64,000 bases of DNA, from contig MU004181.1 of NCBI GenBank assembly GCA_010093605.1, forward strand, positions 2,480,001 to 2,544,000, read 5' to 3'. A program made the translations under genes and the position numbers. Below the pieces are notes generated by a model that saw nothing but the letters and a program-made list of their open reading frames with translations, made no database searches and was not told the origin of the DNA. The first letter of the stretch is position 1. Each line of letters starts with the position of its first letter. Below are positions 12,106 to 23,681 of the stretch, in pieces. Source of the stretch: Lophium mytilinum. Taxonomy: Eukaryota.

Positions 12106-14645
12106 CTAGGAAGCCCACCTTGACTTCCTCAGACCGTCCGCCTTAGCGAAAATCGCCCCGGCGACCCCTTTCGCGTCTTCGGTCCAGAAGTTATTCGAGT
12201 CTTGCTTTAGTTCATCATTCTTTGGGGGTTCATGGTCATCATGACTATCGACGTCGACCTTCCCCTGGGCATGAGAGTTGCTTGCTTCGGCCGCGTCGCC
12301 GTTAGGTAATTCGGTGAACGAGTTCAGCTCTTTTAATGGTGTGACAGCGGCCGAATCGGCCCAGTGGCCGTTTGACTCTGCAACTATGTCGTCTGAAGAG
12401 CTCTTGGTCTCTGCAAACTCGTGTAAGGGCGACAGCGGGGGATGCAAGAAGGCACTCTGTGATATACCTTTGCTTTCCGCTGTCGACTCGAGACCGGAAT
12501 TGAAAGTGTTAGCTACCGTTGATACGGCAGATGGAACACTATAATCATCCTGAGTCTCAGCAATAGGAGGAACTATTGCAGTCTCAGGAGTTGGATGAGA
12601 CGTAGGTGCATCCTTCACGTCCATCGAAGCCTGGAGGTCACTATGCGACCTGCGGCTCATGATGCCTAGACCCGGCACCGAAACCCCGACTCTAGCCCAG
12701 TCCCATATCCTTCGGCGGGGCGGGCTGGCGTCGACCGAGGCTGCGGACGGGGATCCTAGATTGTCGTCTTGACTCCTGTCGTCTTTTCTGGATGTGGAGC
12801 TGGAAATTACGGATTCGGATTTGAAGGGCTTTGAGTTGTCAACGGAGCCCTTATCGCGTGTTGCCTTGTCGCTCTTACCACTGTCGGACGTCTTGCTGGT
12901 CTTGCCGGCCTCGGGCGACACAGCCTTGCTACTCTTGCTAGCAAGACTGCTACGACTGGCCTGGCGGCGAAGTGCGCCTTCGTAGCTTTGGCGGAGCCCG
13001 TTTTGGGCTGTCGACGGGAGTGGTGGGGGTGGGAGCAGCAGGGGGGCTGGCTCCTCGACCTCCTCCTGCACCTCCTCCACCATTGCCTCCTCCAGTCCCA
13101 GCCCCACTGCTTTTCCGCCGGATGCCGACTTTGCTCTCGTTCGGAACTTCTCCCGAGCTTCCTGTGGGCTTGAGCCGAGCGGTGCTGCTGTCGCCGTCTC
13201 GGTGCTCGTCGAGACCGTTGACGAGGCGCGGCGGAGAGGGCCGCCGGGATAGGCGCCGGGTCGGCGAGGGGGACGCGGCTGGGGAGTTTGCGGTGCGGAA
13301 TGTGTAGTCGGAGGACTTTGAGCCATCGGAGGACTTTGAGCCATCGGAGGACTTTGAGCCGTCGGAGGAGGCACGGGAGGTGGAGGGTCGGCCATCGGCA
13401 GCGCTTGACGCGGCGACGTGATGTTTGCCGTTGGAGTTGAAGTGTGTGATACCGTTGGAATGGCCGGCGCCGATACCGTTTGAGCGGGCGGAGCGGGCTT
13501 GTGGACGCGGCGGCGGTGCGAGGAAGCCTTGTACACTGTGGTGTTAATTCTTGTTATCGTTCTGCTTTGTGAGGACGAAGCGTGGTGTGGATGAAGCGTG
13601 ATGGGTGCTCGACTTCGTCCCAGAAGAGACGGGACGGCATGAGCGAGGCACTGTGAAGTGGGATAGGGCGGATTGGGACAGATGCCGCTTATTTACCTTG
13701 CTTTGCTCTCCCTTTGCCCTTTATGTGACAGTTTGGCCCCGCGTCGTGGTCGTGATAGGTGCAGTCATCGCGAGCCTCAGTTGGGTCCTCGAACAGCATA
13801 CCTCCCGTGCCCGACCGGATGGCGTTGACCATATCAACTGCGAAATCAGGAGCCCCATCGAAGCAGGCTCGATAGGACTCGGCGTCCTTCTCACTCGCCG
13901 GGTCCATGATCTGGCGCGCAGCAATCTTGGTCATCAACCGTCGAAAGGGCGACCCGGGACTGCTCTTACGATATATCTCGTTGATCTCGTCGGCGTCCGG
14001 CACCAGCTCTGCCTCGCTGAGCCCCTTGCGGTATTGGTCCATCGCAATGTTCTTTAGCTGCGGCATGTCGAAGCGTTCGCAGAGCAGGTACAGCTTGTGG
14101 CAGCACACTGCGTAGTCGTACATGCGATTCGGATCTGCCATGTCGGAGACATCGTCGAGTTTGCCTTGATACAGCCATTTTACTAGCAGTTCGAAGCCCG
14201 ATGGATCGTCCTCTAGTAGCTCAAGCTTGTCTGGTGTCTTCTTTTTCGTGTCGTTCGATGGTAGGAGCTCGGCAGCCAGCTGCTCGGAGTGGTGACAGAG
14301 GAGGTTGCGGTGGAGGGCCCAGTGACGCTTGGAGGGCCCAACGTAGATGTCTACGAGCGGGCCGGAGAGGAGCCTGGCACGCTGCGATTTAGCTTTGGCT
14401 TGTACGTGGAGACGGTGCGAGTGGATGCGATGCGCCAGAATGGGTCGCGGCATGAGCGGATTGGGCTCAGAGTAGGGTTGCGAGGGCCCATCAGGCAGCG
14501 CATCGCTCTCCGACTCTGAGCCCGACTCTGCGCTTGATTCTGGCTCTGGCGCGTCCATCTTTGGCACGTCCGCATGCGTGGAGAGTGGTTCATTCACGTA
14601 CTCGGCAAAGGTGGTCGCGGGCGCATCGCCGATGTTGGTCGCCAT
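12106..14645 (-). CDS. BTB/POZ-domain protein with long low-complexity C-terminal region
   Basis: Exon 14645-13697 (GPLVDIYVGPSKRHWALHRNLLCHHS...LLEDDPSGFELLVKWLYQG...KLYLLCERFDMPQLKN) splices via GTAAAT...CACAG (13696-13536) in frame into the Pro/Ser-rich ORF 13535-12106. Confidence 0.8.
13308..13369. repeat. 18-bp coding tandem repeat (~3.4 copies)
   Basis: TCGGAGGACTTTGAGCC(A/G) repeated; encodes AQSPPM/AQSPPT units on the minus strand. Confidence 0.9.
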
Positions 14646-15482
14646 ACGAAATCGGGGGGAGTTGAAGGCAAAGTCACGGACGAAGACGATGCGCTCCTGC
14701 CAGTGACCCATACGAAGGGGCGGCAGCGCACATAGGTACGAGAGAAGCAGACGGCAGGCTAGAGGTTCTTATACGGTGGCGCATCGAAAGCAGGTTACGA
14801 AAGAGGGGGCTGGGATCTTCAAGGTTCAACACCATGCCCTGCGAGGTGGCACAGACATCATGGCCATCCCAGCTCTAAGCTTCCACACTTCATCCGTCCA
14901 CGTGCCACCATGTTTCTTTACGTCTCTGCTCCATCATCAAAGTCTCTTGCTTCTCTTTGGTCGTTACACTCAACTGGGCGAGGATAGGTAGACTGCGAGA
15001 CCAAGCAATACAACCGTCTCTTTACCTTCTTACCAGCATATCACGTCATAGAACTTCTCTAGTTCCAGCATCTCCTGTGACGAGGAATGGTTAAATGGTC
15101 ACTGTTTTGCCAACGCATACCCGCTTTACTATTGTTTCAGAGACTTAGGCCTATCTGCGAAATTTGGTACAAAAGCAGCGATGATCGAGATTTGCTTTTT
15201 CCCGCGTTATGGAGTGCATGTGTCTCCCTATTCTGGTACTGCAGGCTGCAAGTTCGATCGACTCATAGACTAAACTTCTTGTCACATCTTTCCTCGTTCA
15301 GATATTCCAAAAAGCCCTTTTCTGTTCTTGGCCATGTGCATTACCGATCATGCGATGGGTTTGAGGCCGAAGCCAACGATTGGCTGCGGGGATATGCACC
15401 TCAGCTCGAGAGCTTGGGTTGATCCCAACTATCCTAACTTCAACCCCACTTCCAGCTGGCGGTGTAGATCGCCTTGTTGAAG

Positions 15483-16867
15483 ATGGCCGTCTGTACGTTT
15501 GAGGGCAACTCTGACATGTACGGTCTCGGAATACGCCTTGGATTCTATCTACAATGGTTTGGCGTCATTTTAGCCGCCTGGATCGCTCGCGGAGAGGTTC
15601 AAGGCCTGTGGTTTGCCAACGACTTCTTCGTAGCCGCTACATTCCTGGCACTAGTCATCCAAGTATCTCGAAACGTGCAGTCTCTCCAAGTCGTTGAAGT
15701 TTACATTATCCTACTCCTCATGTTTGGGGCATACCTCTATGTCGTCCCGGTGTATATCTGGCGCTTCTTCACCAGATGCAATCCTTATTGGGACCCGACA
15801 CGGTGGCCTATCATTCGAGAAAGCGCTTTGCACTCGAACTTACGCCTCATGCTAGAATTTGCCGTTCTAGGCTTGCAGTTTTGGTTTTGGTTCAGCCGCG
15901 TTCAAGATCTGAAAGGTGAAGGATGCGAGCAGTTTGGCTTCTTCTTCGCCAAGATCCGCCTGAATAACACCGGCTTTGTGGCTATTAACATACTACTCTA
16001 CTTCATGCTTGCGGCGATATGTCTAATTCTGGTTTTTGTGAAGATGGTGAGCATGCTGGGAATACCTCAGAATCTGACTGAACACGACGACAGGTATGTT
16101 TCCTTTCACAGCACACCACATATCTGCGGACCCTTTCCTTACTTACGTATCACAGAGTGAGTGACGACGTCGAGCGCCGCATTAGAATTCTGCGCAACCT
16201 CAACTCCCTGAGCAACATCATCGTTGCAAGCATCATCACTGCTGCTACTGAACTTACCATCCACTGGAACCACATCACGGGCGTTAACTCACTTGCTGCA
16301 GCGGGCCAAACAATCCCTTTTGTCATCGGCCTCGGCGCTGTTATTCGCATATTTTATGTCTACTTCTTCCACAGCGGGAACGATGACGGCGGGAACGGCG
16401 AGGATCCGCATGACAATGAGGGTCCCAGAGAGCCCACGGATTGGACTCGCCCTCCTCGTTACGCAGCCCGTCCACCGCCCGGAAGCCGATCTCCCCGTAC
16501 CGCTGCCCGCCCAACAGCCTGGCATGACTTTCATCGCGTGCAGGCTCCTCCGAGAGGCCAGTATCCACATAACGATGAGGGTCCCAGAGGTCCCACGGAC
16601 TGGGCTCGCCCTCCTCGTCAAGGCCGTCAGCCAGCCAGGAGTCGATCTCCCCGTACCGCGCAGGGCCCTTCGAGGGATTTCGAGGAGTGCCCACCCAGAA
16701 GACCAGAAGTGGTGTCTATTCATGGGGCCAGACGCGAACAGCGTCGAGAACAGAGCTCGCCGTTAGGACCCCGGAAGGTGGTGGTGGAGGAAGATATAGT
16801 GGAAATGGACTGGGAAAGGCAGGGGTGGGTGCGACGGCATCGAAGTCGCAGTCAACGAGATGGATGA
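15483..16867 (+). CDS. Uncharacterised fungal multi-pass membrane protein with Arg/Pro-rich cytoplasmic tail
   Basis: Exons 15483-16093 and 16156-16867; start MAVCTFEGNSDMYGLGIRLGFYLQW, several hydrophobic helices and ELTIHWNHITGVNSL..AGQTIPFVIG, a pattern common in ascomycete membrane proteins. Confidence 0.75.
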
Positions 16868-17438
16868 ACGACGGGAGATGTGATTTTAGAAGTTGAGATA
16901 TAGGGGCTTGACGTCGTCCTCAAGCAGAATGGCAGTGAAGTGATCTAGTCGTCCAGATCGAGATATGTCACGTGATCTACAATACTTTAACATCACTTCA
17001 TCACCATCATCTCCCAAGCCAGTATACCAAGCTCATAGCTTTTTCTATGAATGTGCGATACGAGAAGGACAGTTTGCGATAGTTTCGCGTTCTTGCTGCC
17101 ACGGTATCGGTATCTTTGAAAGAGTAGATGAGATCCGAACTTCGCATGATCACTGGAAGAACTTTAGCCAACCGTCACGATAGTCAAGTTGTATTAGGCT
17201 ATAAGGTCGAAGAGCCATCACATAAAGTCTAGAGCACGTCGAAAAGTAATTCTTTATCGTGAGTAGTTCCCCCAATCTCGTGACATACCCCTCTCCCCGC
17301 ACCAGTCATCGACCCACATCTGCAAACTCGCCCAAACAGCAACTTTGGAGCTGAAATATTCCTCTCAGCTTTTAGCGTACTGATCATATACTGACTAAAT
17401 TTTCAACTGCTCCAAATCCTCTGATTTTACAATCCACG

Positions 17439-17523
17439 GGCCGGTTGGCGCAATGGTAGCGCGTGCCCCTCCTATGGAATTCTAGATAGGGCAAGGCTGC
17501 GGGTTCGAGTCCCGTGCTGGTCG
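17439..17523 (+). tRNA. tRNA-Arg(CCT) with 13-nt intron (17475-17487)
   Basis: Cloverleaf: acceptor GGCCGGT/GCTGGTC, D-arm GCGC-AATGGTA-GCGC, anticodon stem TGCCC/GGGCA with CT-CCT-A, intron after position 37, T-arm GCGGG-TTCGAGT-CCCGT. Confidence 0.92.
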
Positions 17524-17524
17524 C

Positions 17525-17530
17525 TTTTTT
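17525..17530 (+). terminator. RNA polymerase III terminator (T6)
   Basis: TTTTTT immediately after the tRNA 3' end. Confidence 0.8.
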
Positions 17531-18812
17531 GGCCTTAGATTGTGTGTGTCCACGGTGAATAGGCGGCCAACTGTTCGCTTTTGCTTTTTGAACCGGGTAG
17601 ATGACCTGGGGGATGTAACACATACTCTCATGCTGTGGAGATCTTTGGCAGATTTGTGTAAAGTTCAAGTTGTATCACCCCAGAAAGTGATATTGGATTT
17701 AGTGTTCGTATACTTGACTGGAGTGAACTAATCAGTGTTAGAATCGCAGAGCCTATCTCCTACTAGTGGAAGTTGCTGAGCTGTGTTCTCCACGAAGTAA
17801 TTCGGCTCACCGCCCAACCTGAACTTCAATGGCACGCTTGTCCTTCAAACGAGCTCCTTTCTCTTCATTTACCCTTGCTATTCCCGTATGTTAGCCTTGG
17901 AAGTTGATCTGCCAATATGTCACGCCCCTTCGGTCTCGTCCCCGTCTCCGTATGCTCTTCCTAGGGGACCATGCCTGCGCACACTCCAACAAGCTGCAAG
18001 GGCATAGCAAGCATCGGCACAAGCCCCGTACCTTTGCCACTCCCTGCATGATCCGATCTAGGAGCCGTGCGCCGGCATGTCTAGCGGAACATCTGAACAC
18101 GTGCAAGTACCGATGAACCAAGTTCAAAAGAGGGGTGTGATTCCGTCGACTCCGAACTCTGCAAGGCAGACGGTGTAGTTCTCTTATCGAATACCAAGGA
18201 ACAGAACTCATCGCTAGCTTTTCGATCAAATTGCGATTCTCGAAGCAATCGCGAGAATAGTTGCGCTGGATTTTCCGTGACCGGTACTCGGTAGAAGGTC
18301 ATAGCGAGAGACGATAGCACGCGGCTTCGCAAGGAATGTCCCTGGAAAGCCGCTGAGTCATGTCAGCCTCTGCCGCCGATACGTGATGCGCTAGGTGCAT
18401 ATCAAAGGGCTGGGAGCAATTTCGGAGCAATGCGACACCCATCTGCGTGCAGAGACGTCTACAGGTGTCGAGTTATGGGAGTCTCAGCTAACGAGTGAAT
18501 ATGATCGTGGGATCAGCAAGTAAGAACAAGAGCATAGTTAGAAGTAATATCGCCATTTTCAAATTAACGCCAGTGCTATGTATTAATTTGTGATAGTGAT
18601 TCATGGGGGGTAGGACAATTCATAACCCCTCTCTAAAGTCTTGAATGGAAAAAACAGCCCAACTTGATCCGGGGTTTCCCTTAGACCGAACTATGCAAAT
18701 AAGCGTCAAGACCGTCGTATCGGGCGATATTGTATTTTAGTACTCTACATAGTCTTTCCGCTCACCGCCGCACCCGTTCCTGAAGATCACCCGCGCCCTG
18801 TCAGAAACTTCT

Positions 18813-20167
18813 TCAGACTTTCATAGCGCCGGCGGGCCCTGTGGGCCTGCCCCTCGGATCAAAGATCCACTCTTCGCTCCCGCTTCTCCCCGCGCTAGCT
18901 GGTTCGCTTCTCCCATCGCCGCCAGCGCTGCTGGGAGTGTACCGCGTTAGCTCGATGTCTTGTCTGACGGTGATACCCCCGCTATTGCCAGTTTCCGACT
19001 TGAGGTTGACCGAGCCCTCTGGAAGAGACTGGAAGGGGAAAGAGCGCTTGCCGTAGCTCTTCGTGCGATCGGAGGAGTATTTGCCCTGCGTGGAGCCGAA
19101 CAGCCGAGGGAAGAGCGTGGACAGGATCGGTTTAATTCCCGTAATGCATCCACAGATGATCCCGACATTTGTCTCGATGGTGGTGATGACATAGACGATA
19201 GACCCTTCCCAGCTGACGTCGGAGGAGCCGAAGTAGATGTTGAGATACCATATGCGACAAATGCCCGCTACACAGACTCTGGGATGATGTCAGCTAGGGG
19301 AGCATGGGGCTCTGGGGGCCCAGATACTTACATACAACCCAAGCTGAAAGAGACCACTAGCCCTACCCGCTGTGACTTCGGCAATTGGATATTCCAGAGA
19401 AATCGCGCAGGCCATAGAAATACGGCAATGTCTGTGAAGCTGTTTGTAGCCGCAGCGGCAATAAAGAAAGCCTTTTGATTGATGCAATTCCTATTTGTGA
19501 ACTTCAAGAGATCCCAGTTGTCTGATATAGGGCTAGAAAAGATTAGCAACGCCACTTTACTAGATCAAATACTCTTACATGCACTGGAAAAGAAATGTAA
19601 AGAAGATCGCAATAGTCCAAGTAATGAGCCAGGCCATAGTCGCGTAACAAAAGTACCGATTGCCTTGAGACGGAAATATGCGCAGATAAGTCAAGCAAAG
19701 ACTGAACTTTGTGAGACCAACACAAGGACCAAATAGCATTTGGGTTGCGAGAGCTAACTGAAGTTGCGAATAGTTAGCAACCATTACAAAGAACTCGTAC
19801 GTATAGGTAGAACCTCACCCTCCCCGAAGTTGGTATCCATTCAAGCTTGTTATCCCATACGTGGAGGCCGGTTCCCCACAGGGTAGAGTAGCAGTTTATA
19901 ATGCATATTGCTGTGCCCATCATCTGTGTACAATTAGCAGTAGGTACATCTTGCGCCGAGATGACAAACCCAGCATAGAAGCATTGTCCAGTCATCTACT
20001 CCCAGCGCTTTCAACCGCCATCTGGAATACATCCGCGCTGCCATGAAAACCGTCATGACCACAGTAAGCGGAATCTCGGTAGCGAGGATGATTCCCCGGC
20101 GAGACTCGGGGTCGACAAAGTTGGGCTTTGGCCACGAGAGGACTTCCGTTGGGGTGAGGTCACCCAT
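18813..20167 (-). CDS. Pth11-like (fungal rhodopsin-domain) integral membrane protein without CFEM
   Basis: Five apparent exons: SWPKPNFVDPE, AARMYSR...GVDDW, GLHVWD, TKFSLCLTYLRIF, NSFTDIAVFLWP..LWNIQLP..QR, GICRIWY, IETNVGIICGC..IKP; stop TGA at 18813-18815. Confidence 0.88.
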
Positions 20168-21978
20168 CGTGGTAGATAACTGTGGCAGGCGAGCGACTTT
20201 GGTATGCTGTTAAGGCCGATTCTTTATGGCTCTGTAGTTGGGCAGTAGTTGATTGATGGATTCAATTCGAGGTGTAACGCAGCTAGCCTCCACCTTGGTG
20301 ACAATGTTGTTTCGAGGTCTGCGAGGAAGCGAGAAGGATTTCGATGGGATGAAACAGGTAATGGTACAGTTCTCAATCAAGAGCAAACCAAGCCTGACTC
20401 AGGCCAATGCCTTGGTTCGGGCCAACATAGTATGGGGAAGTGGGTTCCGCAGAGATTTGTGGGGGGGTTTATGGTGATATGGCACACCTCAAAGGTGCAT
20501 GGTCAAGTCCTTTGCAGACCAATATCAACTCCGGGGAAATAGGACTGAAAGAGGTTGCAACGGAGAAGTGGAAAAGTGGGGAGATTGCAGCGCAATGCAG
20601 GTTGAAAAGAAATAGACCACCAAATAGACACAGGCGAAGAACACACAGATGCGAAGGGGTATGGGTTCGAAGTAGAAAAGAGGCCTCGACTGGGTAAAGG
20701 CACTAGTTTGACTGGCAGAAAAGATTGACTGAAATCGTTACCGCCTGTGTAAAGTTAGAGGGATGTCCGCAGTCGCATATCGGCATTGTCCTGGAATTCG
20801 CCCATGAAACTGCGGATTGGCAGGACCTCTCCTTGAACTGGGAATGAGGAGACAGTTCGGGCTGCAGGGCCCGCTCGGAATGTGGATGGAACATGGGGGA
20901 ATAGCCGATCCTAGCACATGGCATATTGGCTTGTGAAAGGCTTGTGAAAGCCTAGCAAAGATTACCGACGGGATGCGGCACGCTGGGGACCGTGGCACCA
21001 TTCAGCTGCGCCATAATTTGAGCCGTTTAGAGTTCGGGAATGACCTTTGAAGTGACGCCCGCTCGAAAGAAAGCCAAACCGTTGCAGTATGAGAGGACTC
21101 AACGGTGCTTCACTACGGGCTCTCTGCGCCGTGATAGTCCAAAACGAGTAAATTGCACACAGCAAAGGCAGCTGGCAAAAGATGTTCCGATGACAGTGAA
21201 GCCATGCATCCGGGTTCCGGATACTAGATGGAAGACGGAAAGATGCCCATTCGAGTGCTGATGGGAAGGGAAGCAAGGCAGGGAAGCGAGGAGCCTGGAG
21301 TGTGGCGGGACATCCGGGCCTCATTCTACAGTCCTAGGGATTATGAGTTGCGAAAGATGATGATGATATGCCCTGTGTAGGCTGATGAAACCATGGAGGC
21401 GCATCGGAGGAGAGATGAAGAAGCTTAGTGTCTCGCCTAGCTGTGAAGCTGGGCTGGCGTATTCGAAACTGCAGGAGCCAATCAGAGTTCGCCTAACACG
21501 TAATATTAGGGCAGTTCTGGATTTTAGTGTTATGGTGATAAACCCAGCCAAAAGACTATACTCGCGGTTCATGGAATTACTCGACACCTTATGATTGCGA
21601 GAAGAAATAATATGCACATGTACATACAGTTGCGGGAAATAGAGTTCGAAGAGCTAATCAGCACTACTTCTCTCGGATGATGACCAAAACACGAAGATAG
21701 CCCGCAGCACGGGTTAGGTTCCATCCTCCTGTGTGCTTGTATCACTTGTTTTAATACCCCAGTGTGCACGTTGCCCGACCTCTCTCTGCGCACGTGAAAC
21801 AGCGCTGCTGTGGCTAAGTTGGGCTCAGGCCCGGTCAGCCACATCTCTCGGCAAAGCGAGGTTTTGGGTGGGGCTCCGTTCATACTTTGGACCTACGTTC
21901 CTCAGCCATCTCCGTCTCTATATCCACTACTCTCACTATCCCACCGGCTTACATTAGTGGATTTACTTGGGTGCAACA

Positions 21979-22258
21979 ATGTCCCTGGAGCGCTGCAGTT
22001 TGTGTCACAACCTCGAGCGAGCGGAAGCTGGCGATAGGCTTGATTTCGCAGGACAGAGTCCAAGTTGCTTGTCCAGTCTGCACAATGATACGCAATGGTC
22101 TCGCACCGTTCGAGCCCCTTGTCGGCAATATCGAGAATCTGCGAGAAATACGGGTTAGAAGTCGATCGCCACTAGTTCTATGTGAGAAAGACAGCAAGAC
22201 GGTGACCCTGCGGCATGGGAAAACGGAAGAGACTCTCGATCTTGACTTCTTCATTGCT
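21979..22258 (+). pseudogene. Probable relic of the N-terminal Cys-rich exon of a HET-domain gene
   Basis: MSLERCSLCHNLERAEAGDRLDF then a frameshift into ACPVCTMIRNGLAPF...TLDLDFFIA, followed by a GTATGT donor; no downstream exon is visible. Confidence 0.35.
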
Positions 22259-22440
22259 GTATGTAAGGTGATCTGTACTCTCCTTGGATTTCTTATTACT
22301 CCATGAGTCTTTCATCTGCCTTCTGTTTGACAAAGCCCACATGATTCAATATACTATTCTATTTTATCTTCACTTTTTACGCGACAAGTAATCAACGGCG
22401 GGGCCTTGATTGACTCCTCGCGTGATCCCACGATGAGGGG

Positions 22441-22482
22441 TGTGCCATTCATCGACGGAGATGTGCCATTCATCGACGGAGA
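22441..22482. repeat. Perfect 21-bp tandem duplication
   Basis: TGTGCCATTCATCGACGGAGA x2. Confidence 0.9.
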
Positions 22483-22697
22483 CAGAGCTTCAGCCGGATC
22501 GAAGGTTTCCGCTTACAATATAATCTCAAGGTAAGAATGCTAAGTAACTCTTGTAATGAATTGAACTACAGGAAAGCCTAAACTATGAAAACACACCCTC
22601 TCTCAGGTTCCAAAAGACTGTCCGACGGTCCTGAATATGATGCCCCCTCTTCCCTGCTACCGCACAAGCCAGCTAGCCCATCTTCACCTGTTAGGTA

Positions 22698-23546
22698 CTA
22701 GACCTTGCCCGGGGAATCTCCATTCCCGCCTGAATCGCAACTGCCGAACGAGAAGGACGAACCGCAGTGGTACGAGGTCAGGTCTTCGCCCGCGGTCCCG
22801 ATGGTGACGTAGCCACGCCATGTGCCGCCGTGGTCCATCTTGATGCACTTGACGCCGCAGATGCTGTCGTTTTGGGAGCTTAGGAACTTGTTCATGGCGC
22901 CCGCGATGGTCTCGAGCTGCGCCGTCGAGTCGCAGTTGTCGCCCCCCTCCCCGTAGACTTGCCAGGTCATGTTGTCGACCGAACCCGTGTGCACCTTGTC
23001 GCACTCCTTGCTGTCGGAGCCGGCCTTGGCCAGAGTCGCGATACCGAAGGCGACGGCAGCAACCAGTCCGCCTATGCTGACGCACACGCCAGAACGTGCC
23101 GGATCTGCGATGCCTGGTTTCGAGGACGAGACATGTTAGTTGCGTCATTTCTTTCTGTATCTCAAGGTGCGCTGCTGGACAGTCTTAAAAAGAATATGAC
23201 TTACAGTAGCCAACATTGGTTCGCTTTGACAGAACCGGGTCTTCCATCGCAGCAAGGTCCATGGTGATATACTCATTCGCCTACACGCGTGCACAATTAG
23301 ACGACATTCCCAATAAGTTGCTGGTTCTCGGTGAACGGCGTCACATGCTCCAGCCACCCCGTAGGCTGCGTAAATATGAAATCAAAAGGAGGGGGGGCCA
23401 AACTCATACAGAATGAAAAATATGCAACGTACCATTCTTTTTCCCGCGAGTCGAGGCTCCTGCTGAGACGGCAACGAGAGACCCCATACTGGAGATAAAA
23501 TTGAGGATGCGGAAAGTAGGGTTGAGATTGTAGTAGTGGCACGCAT
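22698..23546 (-). CDS. Small secreted Cys-rich prepro-protein, Css2 C-terminal domain / Klus killer-toxin-like
   Basis: Exons 23546-23433, 23280-23205, 23113-22698 (201 aa): signal peptide, dibasic sites GKR and LSKR, hydrophobic helix, NCDSTAQLETIAGAM...CGVKCIKMDHGGTWRGYV; 8 Cys after the second KR. Confidence 0.75.
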
Positions 23547-23673
23547 ATTGAATGAGAATAGTGAGGATGATAACAATGACGATTTTGTTGTTGTAATAGA
23601 AGTAGTTCATGTAAGGTTGCTTTGATGTATGTTCCTGAGTCGAGAACATGTTGTGGACGGGAAGCCTAGAGGG

Positions 23674-23681
23674 TTTATATA
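23674..23681 (-). promoter_or_regulatory. Putative TATA box of the secreted toxin-like gene
   Basis: TATATAAA on the minus strand ~130 bp upstream of the ATG at 23546. Confidence 0.5.

Noticed and set aside
17540..18800. Short ORFs after the tRNA
   Set aside because: Mutually overlapping, no family motifs, no consistent splice model.
20200..21900. ORFs and a C/D-box-like ATGATGA...CTGA near 21355-21385
   Set aside because: ORFs lack motifs; boxes are too close together with no terminal stem or recognisable guide.
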